IMG/VR virus record: IMGVR_UViG_3300035701_000027 | Coordinates: 1-63,170 of that record | Direction: 5' to 3' (one strand) | DNA: 63,170 nucleotides | Origin: a virus | Taxonomy: Duplodnaviria; Caudoviricetes | In this document: positions 1 through 9,180 of the stretch, in pieces | Layout: the number at the start of each line of letters is the position of its first letter | Position numbering within the stretch: position 1 is the first letter of the stretch | Notes under the pieces: generated by a model | What the model was told of the DNA's origin: nothing | The model's input: only the letters and a program-made list of their open reading frames with translations | Databases searched by the model: none | Position numbers and translations under genes: made by a program

Positions 1-127
1 GTCGGGAAAAATGAAAATATCAACGTCGTCAAAGTGGGGGCCGAACACGTCATCGACGACTTCGAGCCCCTCGATGCCGACGCCGATGAAGGCGCTGTTC
101 ATTTTCGGGAAACCGGACACCCACGGA
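1..127. repeat. 127-bp terminal direct repeat (copy 1), assembly circularisation overlap
   Basis: Identical to 63044-63170. It lies inside an ORF that reads through the junction, and 127 is a common assembler k-mer. Confidence 0.95.
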
Positions 128-228
128 CAATGATAATAGACTTTACCGTAGGTTTGGGCCAGTTTCGAGGCCAGATCAACGAACAGACCACAATCAACAA
201 CAAGTGCCGTGATGTTACCAAGATTCAT
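1..228 (-). CDS. 5' part of the PurD-like ATP-grasp protein (continues at 63043->62012; about 419 aa in total)
   Basis: ATG at 228 gives MNLGNITALVVDCGLFVDLASKLAQTYGKVYYHCPWVSGFPKMNSAF, in frame with ORF 62012..63163. ATGA overlap with the HNH stop. Confidence 0.85.
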   Translation of the reverse strand, partial: MNLGNITALVVDCGLFVDLASKLAQTYGKVYYHCPWVSGFPKMNSAFIGVGIEGLEVVDDVFGPHFDDVDIFIFPD

Positions 229-914
229 GTGCTACCCCTCCCGGCGGCATGTCTTATAGCATGACATTTTTTGCACAATGTAATACCATTGGATTTATCC
301 CAAAATTCGGCACAAGCGATTGCTTGATCTAATTCTTTTATTCCATATTTTTTAATTAAAACATTAAAAGATATCAAATGGTGCGCATTGAGAACTCCTC
401 CCCTACGGCCACAATCATAACAGACAAAATTATCCCTACGAAAAATATCATCTCTCCAATTACCGTAAAAAGAACATCCTCTTATTCTAATCGAAAGAGA
501 ACTGGAACCATTATTATAATTTGGTCTTATTTTCGCAGCTTCTTTTTGAGCCCTTGACTGATGTATCAAATAATTTGATCCATAAACTATTCCGGAATCC
601 CATGCTTCTCTTGTTTTTCTACTTATTTTATTCCTCACAAATATCGAATGATGCCTTCCATACATGGGGTGATTTTTTCCTGAAAATTGGGGACGTTTTT
701 TGCCATCCCACGGACGGGATTTGGGGAGAGTTTTCTTTCTGATCCCAAGACGATACAGCTCCCTAAACATAATCCCCATACATTTTTTTGAACAGCACAC
801 ACTCTTACTGCTTTGTTTGGGGTGGAATATTTTTTCACAAACAATACAAGTCCTCTTTCCCGTATAATATAGAATCGGTTTTCCCTTATCAATCCATTCC
901 TTCAACAGTTTCAT
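225..914 (-). CDS. NUMOD3-HNH homing endonuclease
   Basis: NUMOD3-like GKNHPMYGRHHS; HNH region RDNFVCYDC..LNAHH..NGITLCKKCH; AT-rich relative to flanks. Confidence 0.85.
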   Translation of the reverse strand: MKLLKEWIDKGKPILYYTGKRTCIVCEKIFHPKQSSKSVCCSKKCMGIMFRELYRLGIRKKTLPKSRPWDGKKRPQFSGKNHPMYGRHHSIFVRNKISRKTREAWDSGIVYGSNYLIHQSRAQKEAAKIRPNYNNGSSSLSIRIRGCSFYGNWRDDIFRRDNFVCYDCGRRGGVLNAHHLISFNVLIKKYGIKELDQAIACAEFWDKSNGITLCKKCHAIRHAAGRGST

Positions 915-924
915 AGTGCCTCTG

Positions 925-3900
925 CTACTTGGATATGGTGAGCTTGATACCTTTTTCCTTCATCTGCGCTTCCCACTTCTTCAGGACGCCCGTTATTTTT
1001 TCGTTGTAAAGTTTTGCCTGCTCCATGTCTCCGGCGTCCCTCGCCTCCTTCACCTTTTTGCTGTAAAAAGAAAGGGTTTCCCTGTTGAACATACTGATGT
1101 GGTAGGCGCTAATCTCGTTTTTGTGCTCCCCCCTGAATTTGACGGCCGCGTCATGATCTTTTTTGAGCAGATCGTCGTATTCCGCTTTGACAGACGCCAG
1201 ATTCTCTTCGAGGGTCTCGTAAAAAAGCCTTTTCCCGCCGGACTCCAGCGGCTTCCCGCGCATCCTGCGCCAGAAAGGTATCTCTCTCGGCTCAAAAGGC
1301 TCCGGCTCCTTGACTCTTTCGGGGGAAATCTTGTGCGCGATGACCTGTCCGCCCTTTCCGACGACGGAAAACGTATGCAGGAGGAAGTCTCCGGTGCCGC
1401 CCGTGAAGTTTTTTACCATATAGTCCATCATCTCGGGGCTTATGTCAACGTATCCGCTCTTGAATTGATTGCCGCCGGAGACTTCGTTCATGGCGTTGGC
1501 GACGCCCTTGCTGATGGCCGATACGCCTGGAAAGTAAAGCTGGCTTTCCGGCATATATTCTTTTCCCATCGGCTTCTCCGGCTTTATCGGGTTCCCCGCA
1601 AAGTCTTTATTTAAGCTCATGTCGTAAAACGGGCGCGCCGCCGTCGGCATGAGCGTCTGGAGCCACGTTCCTTCTCCGAGGGGATTGAAGGAATTGAATA
1701 TCGTGCTCACCATTTTTCCGGCCGCATCCAATGGTTTTATAAGGCCGCGCTTCCAGGAATCCGCGATGACACCGACCGCGTAAAAAGCTCCAAAGTTGTA
1801 GGGTATGGGGATCTTATAATACGTTCCGTCGGGGCGCATGATGATCCAGTTTCTCATCCGTGTGAACATGGGGATCTTTTCATACGCCTCGTCTCCCGCC
1901 GTCGTTCTCGCCACTTCGGCGGACAGCAGGCCGGCGCCTGCGAGGAGGGCAAGAGCGGCCTTCCCTTTCGGTGTTCTCAATACCTGGACAGCACGGCGTC
2001 CGCCCTGGAGAGAGGCGTTCGAGAACAGCCACAGGCTGTTGAAAACCCTGCCGTACTCCCCTTTTCTGTTGAAGTTTACGGTGAGATTTTTCGCCCTTTG
2101 CGCCGAACGCTCCGGCGTAAACCCGTTTTTCCTCAACGTGATGTAATATGAAAGCCTTGTCGCGTTCTCCACGGCGGAGTTGGTGGACTCAACAAAGTCA
2201 CGAACGCCCCTTAAAAAATTCGCCGCGTTCCGCATCTTATTGTTTCCCATGGAATCGATGTCTCCCATGAGCCTCCTCTGCGTCTCCTCCACGTTTCGGT
2301 AGTCGAGGAATTCAACGGTTCCTCCGGAGCGTTGATACTCGTCCGCCCACTTCTGCGTCTCCATGGAGATCGCCTTCCCGCGCTCCTGCCTGAACATGGC
2401 ACGCATGGTGAGGGGAACACGGGCCGCCGTTTCTGCGGCGAGCTTGATGCTGTCTTCGGAGCTGATGTTGATCATGGCTTCCTGAATATCGCGCAGGAAG
2501 TTGGAGTACACAAATTCGGGGGAATACCGCGTTATAACCGATGAGAAAAACCTGTTGAGCGTGCCGAAAGCTCGGATGATTTTATTACTGCTTTCCGCGC
2601 CCATGTTTTTCATCGCCCTGCCGAGCCCTTCGTCGTGCATATAGATGACGACCTGCTTTCCGTTTTCGGTAACAGTCATCACGTTGTCGCTATCGAGATA
2701 CGTCGGATCGATTCTCATTGGGCGAACATCGGATCTCGGGTCGTACCCTTCCCGCAACGGCGGATCCTTGACGATCTCCCATACCTCGGGGTTCGGGTTC
2801 TCCCTGACCATCTTGAGGAACGTGCGGCCGACATCGTTCTTTCCTCCCCTCACAATGTCCATCTCAACGTCCGTGAGCAGGTTCGATATGATTTCGTCGG
2901 CATTGGCGAGGGTAGTACGGCCCCTGGCCCGTTTCGGCTTGAACGCGACGCTGAATCCCTTTGTCCCGCCGCCGGCGTAGAAGCTCTCCTGGAGGATTTT
3001 GATTTCCTGCGGAGTCATCCCCATGGCTTCGAGACCCTCTTCTTGGAATCCTTTGAGTGGCACATAGCTGTCGTACACGGAATTCCACCGATCGATCATG
3101 GCGTTATCGACAAGGCCATGGCGGAGAAGGAGGAGCTGATGATAATTGTTAATTCGCTTGATGTGCGCCTCGATCTCCATCAGCTTCGGGGTCATGCCTC
3201 TGTCCTCGAAATATTTTACGATGTCACGGGCGAGACTGTCCGGCATACCGGAGCCTGGATTCTTCTGCCGGACGCCGCCGAAGTCGATGTCTTCGTTGAA
3301 TTTCGGGTTCTCCTTCGCCTTCTGCGCGTTGCGCTCGGGCGCATGGCGGGCATACAGCCACAGCCCGATCTCCCTCATGTTCAGGCCGGACTTGAAAATG
3401 GCGGCCTTCAGGGGCTTGTAATACTTATCCTCAAACTGCGTCTGGACGTATTTCGTCTTTCCCTGGAACAACTCGACCTTTAAATAGGTGTCGAGGGAAC
3501 CCAGGAGCCCCTTCTTACCCTTCTTGATGGCTTCCTGGATCTTGGCGAGAGGCGCGAATTCGTCAACCCAATGACGATTCAGCCTGTCGCGAGTGGTCTC
3601 GGATGGGGTATCGAAAGATTTAAATAGTCCCTCTGCGCGCGTCTGTTCCTGGTAGATGGCGGGAACCTTCGAGGTTTCCGTAAGCGTATTCGACGGCGGC
3701 TCCACGGGCGGATCTTCCGGAGGCTTCATCGAGTACGCCGAGGCGATTTTCTCTTCTACCATCGCCTCTTTCCTCATGCGCTTCGTGGCGGCGCGGTAGG
3801 CTTCGTCGATGACGAATTGGCGGTCTCTCTCGGAAAGCCCGAGCTTCTGCGCCCATCGCTTGAGGAAGGCTTTGACGAGGCCGACGACCTTCGTGTTGGT

Positions 3901-6900
3901 TTTGTCGAACCTCCTGGCGTCGTAGCGTTCGCCGTTCTTGGCGATCCACTCGTCCATCAGCTTGAGATCCGCGACCTCCTTGCCGTGGTTCCTTACGTTC
4001 TCCTCGTAGCTGTCGAGATACGTCCAGAAAGGCTCCACCCGCTCGACGTATGCGTTCCATTCAGGGGTGTTGCGGTAGTCCGCGCCATACTTCTGTTGCA
4101 TATCGCGGATTACTCTGCCCACGGGGTTGTCGGCGAAGAACGCCCTGTCCTTCTCGAATTCAGCCTTCAGGATGCGGAAGATGTTGGCGTCCGTCCTTAT
4201 GGCGGAGGAAAGGCCGAAGTGATCGATTTCGTGGACGACAATGGCGCGGAGACGCTCTGCTCTGGCGGAGGGGTTTATCAAGATGTCGGCGGATCCGTCG
4301 TTGTACCCGACTATCTGCGCCTCTTCGTCCGGCTTCCAGGCTTCGCCTCGGTTCTTCGTCCGGCTTACTTTTACGTCGAGGCTTTTCGGATGGTTGTCGC
4401 CGAAGTAATCGTCGAAGACTTCCCGCGTGACCTGGGCCACGGACTCGGGGGCCTTTCCGGCCGTGCGCGAGACTTCCTTGCCGGCAGGCCTCGCCATCTC
4501 ACGGGCGATGCGGGAATAAACATTATACAGTTTCGAGGGGCCGTAGCCTGCTTTTCGGAGAACCTCGTTCATCTCCGCCGCAGAAACATACTCTTCGGAT
4601 TCCCTGTCCTTTTTCGCCTTCGCCCTGCGCTTAGCCGCTTTTGCTTGGCGAGCCCGAAGATCCATGGCGGCTTCATCCGTCGCAAGATCGGTGGAGACCC
4701 CATCGGCTTCCATGGCTTTCTTGGTCTCGGCGGCAAGCTCCTCCTCGGCGTAGATGGCGCCGGAATCCTTTGCCTCCGTTATCATTCTGTCCCGCTCGGC
4801 GGCTCGTTCCTTTTTGTCTTTTATGCCAGCGAGAGCTCTTTTGTTTTCGGGGGTTTCCGTATATTCCTTCTGACTGATCTTGCCCATTGAGCGGAGAAAT
4901 TCTCTTGCCTTTTTTTCGTATTTCAATCTGGCGGCATCGCCCGAACGGGTTTTCTTCCCGCTTGCCGTATATCCGTCCTCATGCAACCGATCGACGATTT
5001 CCTTGTTCCGGCGGACGACATCATAATCGTCAACCTTGAAGACTGTTACATCTTCTCCTTTTGCATTTTTGGCTACCGTAGTCCAGCCTTCGTTGTATGC
5101 CTTTACGGCCTCTGCGAGCTGTTCCGGTTCCCAATCGTCCAGGTGGTCGTGGGCCTCCTCGATCACGTTGGCGATTTTGTTCAGGTTTTGCGCCTCGGCC
5201 TCGGTGGTAATCCGCATCTCCGTCATGGTCTCGCCAGGGGTACGCTTCCGGTAGCCCAATTCCTTCGCCCTTTGGAAGTTGGCTTCGAGCTTCGGATCTA
5301 CTGTTTTGACCTTGCGGAAGACGCCCTTCCTGGCCGTGCGTTCCTGGACGGACGCCTCATGCTTTTCTGGTGTTTCAATTTCTAACACGGGCGGCGGGGC
5401 TTCGGCAACCGGAGGGGCCGGAGGTTCTACTGGCGGAGGCGCCTCCTCGGGGGGTGCGGCCGCCTCTTCCCGTACCTCTGGCGCGCGAGGCGGCACGGCC
5501 TCCACGGGGGGAGCGGGGGGTTCTGCCGGTCTTTCCTCAACCGGAGGCCGCTCCTCGATTCTACGGGCCTCTGGCGCGGCCGGCACCACCGGCGGCGGGG
5601 GCGCTTCGGGCGGCTTTGCAGGCTCTCGCTTTACCCTGTCAAATTCGGCTTCTATCGCGGCCTGATCTTCTGCTGTAAGCTCATCAAAATTAACGGGTTC
5701 GCCCTTTTCCTCCCGCATCCTTCTGACATACTCTTCTGCTGTAAGTCCTTGTTCTTCAAGGGTTTTGCGTGCAGGAGCGACAACGGGACGTGGCGCCTCG
5801 ATTGCCCGAGGCTCGACTTCGAGATCCCTGGCAATCTGCGCCCGTGTGCGAGCCACGGGCCGGATTTCCGCCTCAATGGCCCTTCTGGCGACCGCGCGCG
5901 CGCCTGCCGCCGCGCCTGCTTTTAACGCGGCCGGAGCCGTGAACACGGCCATGGTCGGAAGCATCTGGACAAAAGCGTTCCTGGTTCTGGCTACGACCTT
6001 GCTCAAACCGAGCTTCACGTCATCGGCCGTATCGAGGCCCTGGATATAATTGCCGACCTCTTCGGCCACGGCGTTGTTGGCCTCCATGGCGGCCCCGAGA
6101 GCCGACGCCTCGACCGTGTGTTTTCCCCACCGTAATGCGTTTTGGGCGAGCTTGTTTGAGACGACCTTAACGATGGCGTTCTTTGCCGCATCCGGAAGAA
6201 ATCTGTTTATCTGCGCGCCGGCAAGCATCCCGTATGGAACCGAGGCCAGTTTGGAGATGAGATCGGCCCTGTTCGGATCCAGGCCTTGAGCGACAAGCTC
6301 GGGGTATATTGTACCTTCTCCCTGCTGTCGCCAATATTCCCTGATGCCCACGCCGGCACCTATTCCCATAGCGACGCCCGTGATGGGTATGTCTCCAGGG
6401 CCCGTCACCGCTCCAACTGCGGCCGCAGGCACCCCCGCCGCCGCCGCGCCCGTGGCCGCATAGGTAGCCATCCCGAGAAGGTGCGGAGCGAAACCCCCGA
6501 CCGATGTGAATATGAAGTCAATCACGCCTTCGGATTCCGGCCTGATCTTTTCCGCTTCCTCCATATACTTCTGCCTGACCTTCTCGATTTCCTCGACCGA
6601 CGCGCCCTGCGTCTTCATCCTGTTCACGATGAGGGGGATGGCGGCCTCTTTGTTGCCGGCCCTGAAGGCTTCGATGGCTTTCGTTATGAAGGTTTCGTTG
6701 AGCTTTCTTTTGCGCTCTTCTTCCGCCGCACGATCCGCTTCGAGCTGTTCCTTGGTTTTGGTTTCAAGGGCCGCTACCCCCTCTTCTTTCGGCGCTCGCG
6801 GTTCTTCAAGGAGGGCCTTTTCCTCGGCAACGGGCTCTCGCATAGTTTCAAGCGTTTGGGCGGGAAGCTCCGCCGCTGTCCTTGTTATGCCTGGAGCCGG

Positions 6901-7329
6901 ATAGGTTTTCGCGGCAGGCACGCCCCAGGCGACGGCACCTTCTGGAACTTTCCACTCTTCGGGAGGAGGCGGGGCGCCTGCAAATTCCGGCGTGGGCAGA
7001 GCTTTAGCCGCCGGAAGGTCTCTCCACGTTTTTTCACGAACCGGAGGTTTCAAATCGGGCGGGGGAAGGGCGGCGAGCTTCTCTATCGCCGCAGGCGGGA
7101 TCGCGGATCCAGGAACGGTAAAAGGCTCGGGTTCCGGCTCGGGCTTCGGCTCCTCGATGCCGAGCACCCCTTCCTTCAGGAATTTCTGTTCCTCTTCCGG
7201 AAGATCGTAGTAGGGCTTTTTGATCTGGAGCTGGCCCAGGAAGTCGTCGAACGCCTCCTGCGTCGGAGGCCCATCGATTTTGACGGGATATATTACTCCG
7301 GAATCCGGATCCTTGATCTTGTAGATCAT
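925..7329 (-). CDS. Large polyvalent/ejection protein (zincin-like HExxH + LPD38-like C-terminus), 2134 aa
   Basis: VVHEIDHFGL motif; C-terminal AVENATRL..AKNLTVNFNRKGE pattern typical of LPD38-type proteins; Pro/Glu-rich linkers; near the end of the virion operon. Confidence 0.7.
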   Translation of the reverse strand: MIYKIKDPDSGVIYPVKIDGPPTQEAFDDFLGQLQIKKPYYDLPEEEQKFLKEGVLGIEEPKPEPEPEPFTVPGSAIPPAAIEKLAALPPPDLKPPVREKTWRDLPAAKALPTPEFAGAPPPPEEWKVPEGAVAWGVPAAKTYPAPGITRTAAELPAQTLETMREPVAEEKALLEEPRAPKEEGVAALETKTKEQLEADRAAEEERKRKLNETFITKAIEAFRAGNKEAAIPLIVNRMKTQGASVEEIEKVRQKYMEEAEKIRPESEGVIDFIFTSVGGFAPHLLGMATYAATGAAAAGVPAAAVGAVTGPGDIPITGVAMGIGAGVGIREYWRQQGEGTIYPELVAQGLDPNRADLISKLASVPYGMLAGAQINRFLPDAAKNAIVKVVSNKLAQNALRWGKHTVEASALGAAMEANNAVAEEVGNYIQGLDTADDVKLGLSKVVARTRNAFVQMLPTMAVFTAPAALKAGAAAGARAVARRAIEAEIRPVARTRAQIARDLEVEPRAIEAPRPVVAPARKTLEEQGLTAEEYVRRMREEKGEPVNFDELTAEDQAAIEAEFDRVKREPAKPPEAPPPPVVPAAPEARRIEERPPVEERPAEPPAPPVEAVPPRAPEVREEAAAPPEEAPPPVEPPAPPVAEAPPPVLEIETPEKHEASVQERTARKGVFRKVKTVDPKLEANFQRAKELGYRKRTPGETMTEMRITTEAEAQNLNKIANVIEEAHDHLDDWEPEQLAEAVKAYNEGWTTVAKNAKGEDVTVFKVDDYDVVRRNKEIVDRLHEDGYTASGKKTRSGDAARLKYEKKAREFLRSMGKISQKEYTETPENKRALAGIKDKKERAAERDRMITEAKDSGAIYAEEELAAETKKAMEADGVSTDLATDEAAMDLRARQAKAAKRRAKAKKDRESEEYVSAAEMNEVLRKAGYGPSKLYNVYSRIAREMARPAGKEVSRTAGKAPESVAQVTREVFDDYFGDNHPKSLDVKVSRTKNRGEAWKPDEEAQIVGYNDGSADILINPSARAERLRAIVVHEIDHFGLSSAIRTDANIFRILKAEFEKDRAFFADNPVGRVIRDMQQKYGADYRNTPEWNAYVERVEPFWTYLDSYEENVRNHGKEVADLKLMDEWIAKNGERYDARRFDKTNTKVVGLVKAFLKRWAQKLGLSERDRQFVIDEAYRAATKRMRKEAMVEEKIASAYSMKPPEDPPVEPPSNTLTETSKVPAIYQEQTRAEGLFKSFDTPSETTRDRLNRHWVDEFAPLAKIQEAIKKGKKGLLGSLDTYLKVELFQGKTKYVQTQFEDKYYKPLKAAIFKSGLNMREIGLWLYARHAPERNAQKAKENPKFNEDIDFGGVRQKNPGSGMPDSLARDIVKYFEDRGMTPKLMEIEAHIKRINNYHQLLLLRHGLVDNAMIDRWNSVYDSYVPLKGFQEEGLEAMGMTPQEIKILQESFYAGGGTKGFSVAFKPKRARGRTTLANADEIISNLLTDVEMDIVRGGKNDVGRTFLKMVRENPNPEVWEIVKDPPLREGYDPRSDVRPMRIDPTYLDSDNVMTVTENGKQVVIYMHDEGLGRAMKNMGAESSNKIIRAFGTLNRFFSSVITRYSPEFVYSNFLRDIQEAMINISSEDSIKLAAETAARVPLTMRAMFRQERGKAISMETQKWADEYQRSGGTVEFLDYRNVEETQRRLMGDIDSMGNNKMRNAANFLRGVRDFVESTNSAVENATRLSYYITLRKNGFTPERSAQRAKNLTVNFNRKGEYGRVFNSLWLFSNASLQGGRRAVQVLRTPKGKAALALLAGAGLLSAEVARTTAGDEAYEKIPMFTRMRNWIIMRPDGTYYKIPIPYNFGAFYAVGVIADSWKRGLIKPLDAAGKMVSTIFNSFNPLGEGTWLQTLMPTAARPFYDMSLNKDFAGNPIKPEKPMGKEYMPESQLYFPGVSAISKGVANAMNEVSGGNQFKSGYVDISPEMMDYMVKNFTGGTGDFLLHTFSVVGKGGQVIAHKISPERVKEPEPFEPREIPFWRRMRGKPLESGGKRLFYETLEENLASVKAEYDDLLKKDHDAAVKFRGEHKNEISAYHISMFNRETLSFYSKKVKEARDAGDMEQAKLYNEKITGVLKKWEAQMKEKGIKLTISK

Positions 7330-7332
7330 TCG

Positions 7333-8430
7333 TTACCCTGATATTTTTTCGTAATATCCTTCAGGGTTCCATTGGTATCCCGGCGGAATGGCGCCAGGGG
7401 GTTGCGTCACAGCCCCTCCGGGAGCCGGAGCAGGTGCGGGAGCAGGAGCAGGGCCGGCGCCAGGGGCCGGCGGCGTAATAACCTTGCTCCTTACGTCCAT
7501 GTACGCCCCGAGATCAGACGCGAGATCCTGGAGCACGCCTGCGTTTTCCGCCGAATAATTGAAGGCGTCCATCATGGCGTCGGCGGCTTCCGCTTTTTTC
7601 TCCGCCGCATCCGCCATGCCTTTCTCCTCCAGAACCTTTGCCTCCGCATCGAGGTCGGAAGCCTTGGCGCGAAGAATCTGCCTTGCGTTCTGCACGCTGT
7701 TGTTGGCTACGGCGGTTCTGAACAGGGTGTTGAATTCCTGGAACGTGGTGTCCTTCTTCAGCTTTTCTCCGACCTGCCTCAAACGCTGTCGGGCGACACT
7801 TAACTGCGCTTTTGAAATGGCGAGCCTTTCAGATGTCGCTTCCGGCGTCGCCAGTTTCTCGGCCATGCCTGCGCCCGTCGTGCCGAGTTTCTCGGGGGAA
7901 ACCTGCGACCCCTGATACAGCTCTTCCCGCGTCGGATCGCGCCCGAGCTTCGCTTTAAGCTCCTGAAATGTCTTCTGCATACCGGAGAATTGCTCCTGGG
8001 AGGCCTTCGCCGTTTCCGCTCCGCCGGCAATTTTCTCCCAATTCGTGACGAGGGCCTTGAACGCGGTGGGGCTCGCCATGAAGACGGCCTGCTCGAACTG
8101 CTCCTTGTCCGGCGGCGTCGCGCCGGCCTGCTTGACCTGACCATAAAGGATTGTTCCCTGGTGGAGCTGTGCGAGGCCTTTGCCGAGATCCTCAAGGCTG
8201 ATGTCGGCGCGGACGACCTTTTTCATGTGGGGCCTCTCGTTGTAGAGCTCGTTGAGGGCCTCGACACGCATCCGCTCTTTGTCCTTCGTCCTCTCGAAAA
8301 CGGCGAAATCCTCGAACATCTTGCCGAGGGCCTGCCCCGTTTTGCCCATGGTTTCGGCGACTCTGCCGTAAGCGGAAGAATAATCAAGCGGCGCGACGGC
8401 TTCTGTTGGAATTGCAGGAAGATCAGCCAT
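7333..8430 (-). CDS. Putative internal virion/ejection protein
   Basis: Helical Ala/Glu/Lys-rich protein with PAPAP tail; SD GGAGG; position among podovirus ejection genes. Confidence 0.55.
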   Translation of the reverse strand: MADLPAIPTEAVAPLDYSSAYGRVAETMGKTGQALGKMFEDFAVFERTKDKERMRVEALNELYNERPHMKKVVRADISLEDLGKGLAQLHQGTILYGQVKQAGATPPDKEQFEQAVFMASPTAFKALVTNWEKIAGGAETAKASQEQFSGMQKTFQELKAKLGRDPTREELYQGSQVSPEKLGTTGAGMAEKLATPEATSERLAISKAQLSVARQRLRQVGEKLKKDTTFQEFNTLFRTAVANNSVQNARQILRAKASDLDAEAKVLEEKGMADAAEKKAEAADAMMDAFNYSAENAGVLQDLASDLGAYMDVRSKVITPPAPGAGPAPAPAPAPAPGGAVTQPPGAIPPGYQWNPEGYYEKISG

Positions 8431-8432
8431 TT

Positions 8433-9170
8433 TTACCTCCGATAGAGTTGAGCCGTCTGTGCCCTGGATTGCGGTGTGCTCATCATGCTCACCATGTTAT
8501 TCATCAGCATCAGCCACCTGTCCCACTGTTGCTGTTCTTTCTTCGCGGCGAGCTCCTCCTCGGAAATTTTTTCCGCGAAGGCCTCTTTTCTTGTGGCGAG
8601 ACCGGCCTCGGTCATAAACTGCCTCTGCTGTCTCTGCGCCTCGGCTTCCTTGAATCCGGTCTCGATGTCGTACCGCCGCTTGCTCTCGGTCATCTGTTCC
8701 TGATACATCTGCTGTGCCTGTTCGCGTGCCTTTCGGTTCTCCCTCATCTGCTGATCTGCGGCCCACCAATTCATGATCAGCGAACCCACAGCCCCTACGC
8801 CGCCCAAGACCGCGCCGACGGCGGTAAGATTAGTTGCTAATTGCCCCGCCATCCGGATTGGAGAGGGTGACGGGGTGGGGGCCCCTGCTACGCTCTGGCC
8901 TGTAATGACGGCTTCGGGAGACGGAACGGCGGAAAGTTGGTATCCACTTTGGACTCCACCAGCAAACTCCCCGCGCGCCGCCTCCTGCCCCTCGTACCAA
9001 TAAGGATCAGAATAAAGAGGAGAAGGAGAGGTACCTTGTCCAAGATTCGTCTGCAACATCGCAGGGCCGGTCGGTGCGCCCCATTGTTCTTGCTGATAAG
9101 GACTGTTGGTAAGCGCGAAATTGGGAGAACCCCCAACCTGCAATCCTGTCGGCGCCAATACTTTTGTCAT
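8433..9170 (-). CDS. Putative ejection (pilot-like) protein with one hydrophobic helix
   Basis: Gly-rich hydrophobic segment AVGAVLGGVGAVGSLIM followed by a Gln-rich coiled coil. Confidence 0.55.
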   Translation of the reverse strand: MTKVLAPTGLQVGGSPNFALTNSPYQQEQWGAPTGPAMLQTNLGQGTSPSPLYSDPYWYEGQEAARGEFAGGVQSGYQLSAVPSPEAVITGQSVAGAPTPSPSPIRMAGQLATNLTAVGAVLGGVGAVGSLIMNWWAADQQMRENRKAREQAQQMYQEQMTESKRRYDIETGFKEAEAQRQQRQFMTEAGLATRKEAFAEKISEEELAAKKEQQQWDRWLMLMNNMVSMMSTPQSRAQTAQLYRR

Positions 9171-9180
9171 GTTCTCTCCC

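Noticed and set aside
1-127. Biological direct terminal repeat
   Set aside because: The length equals a common assembler k-mer and it falls mid-gene, so it is better explained as a circularisation overlap.
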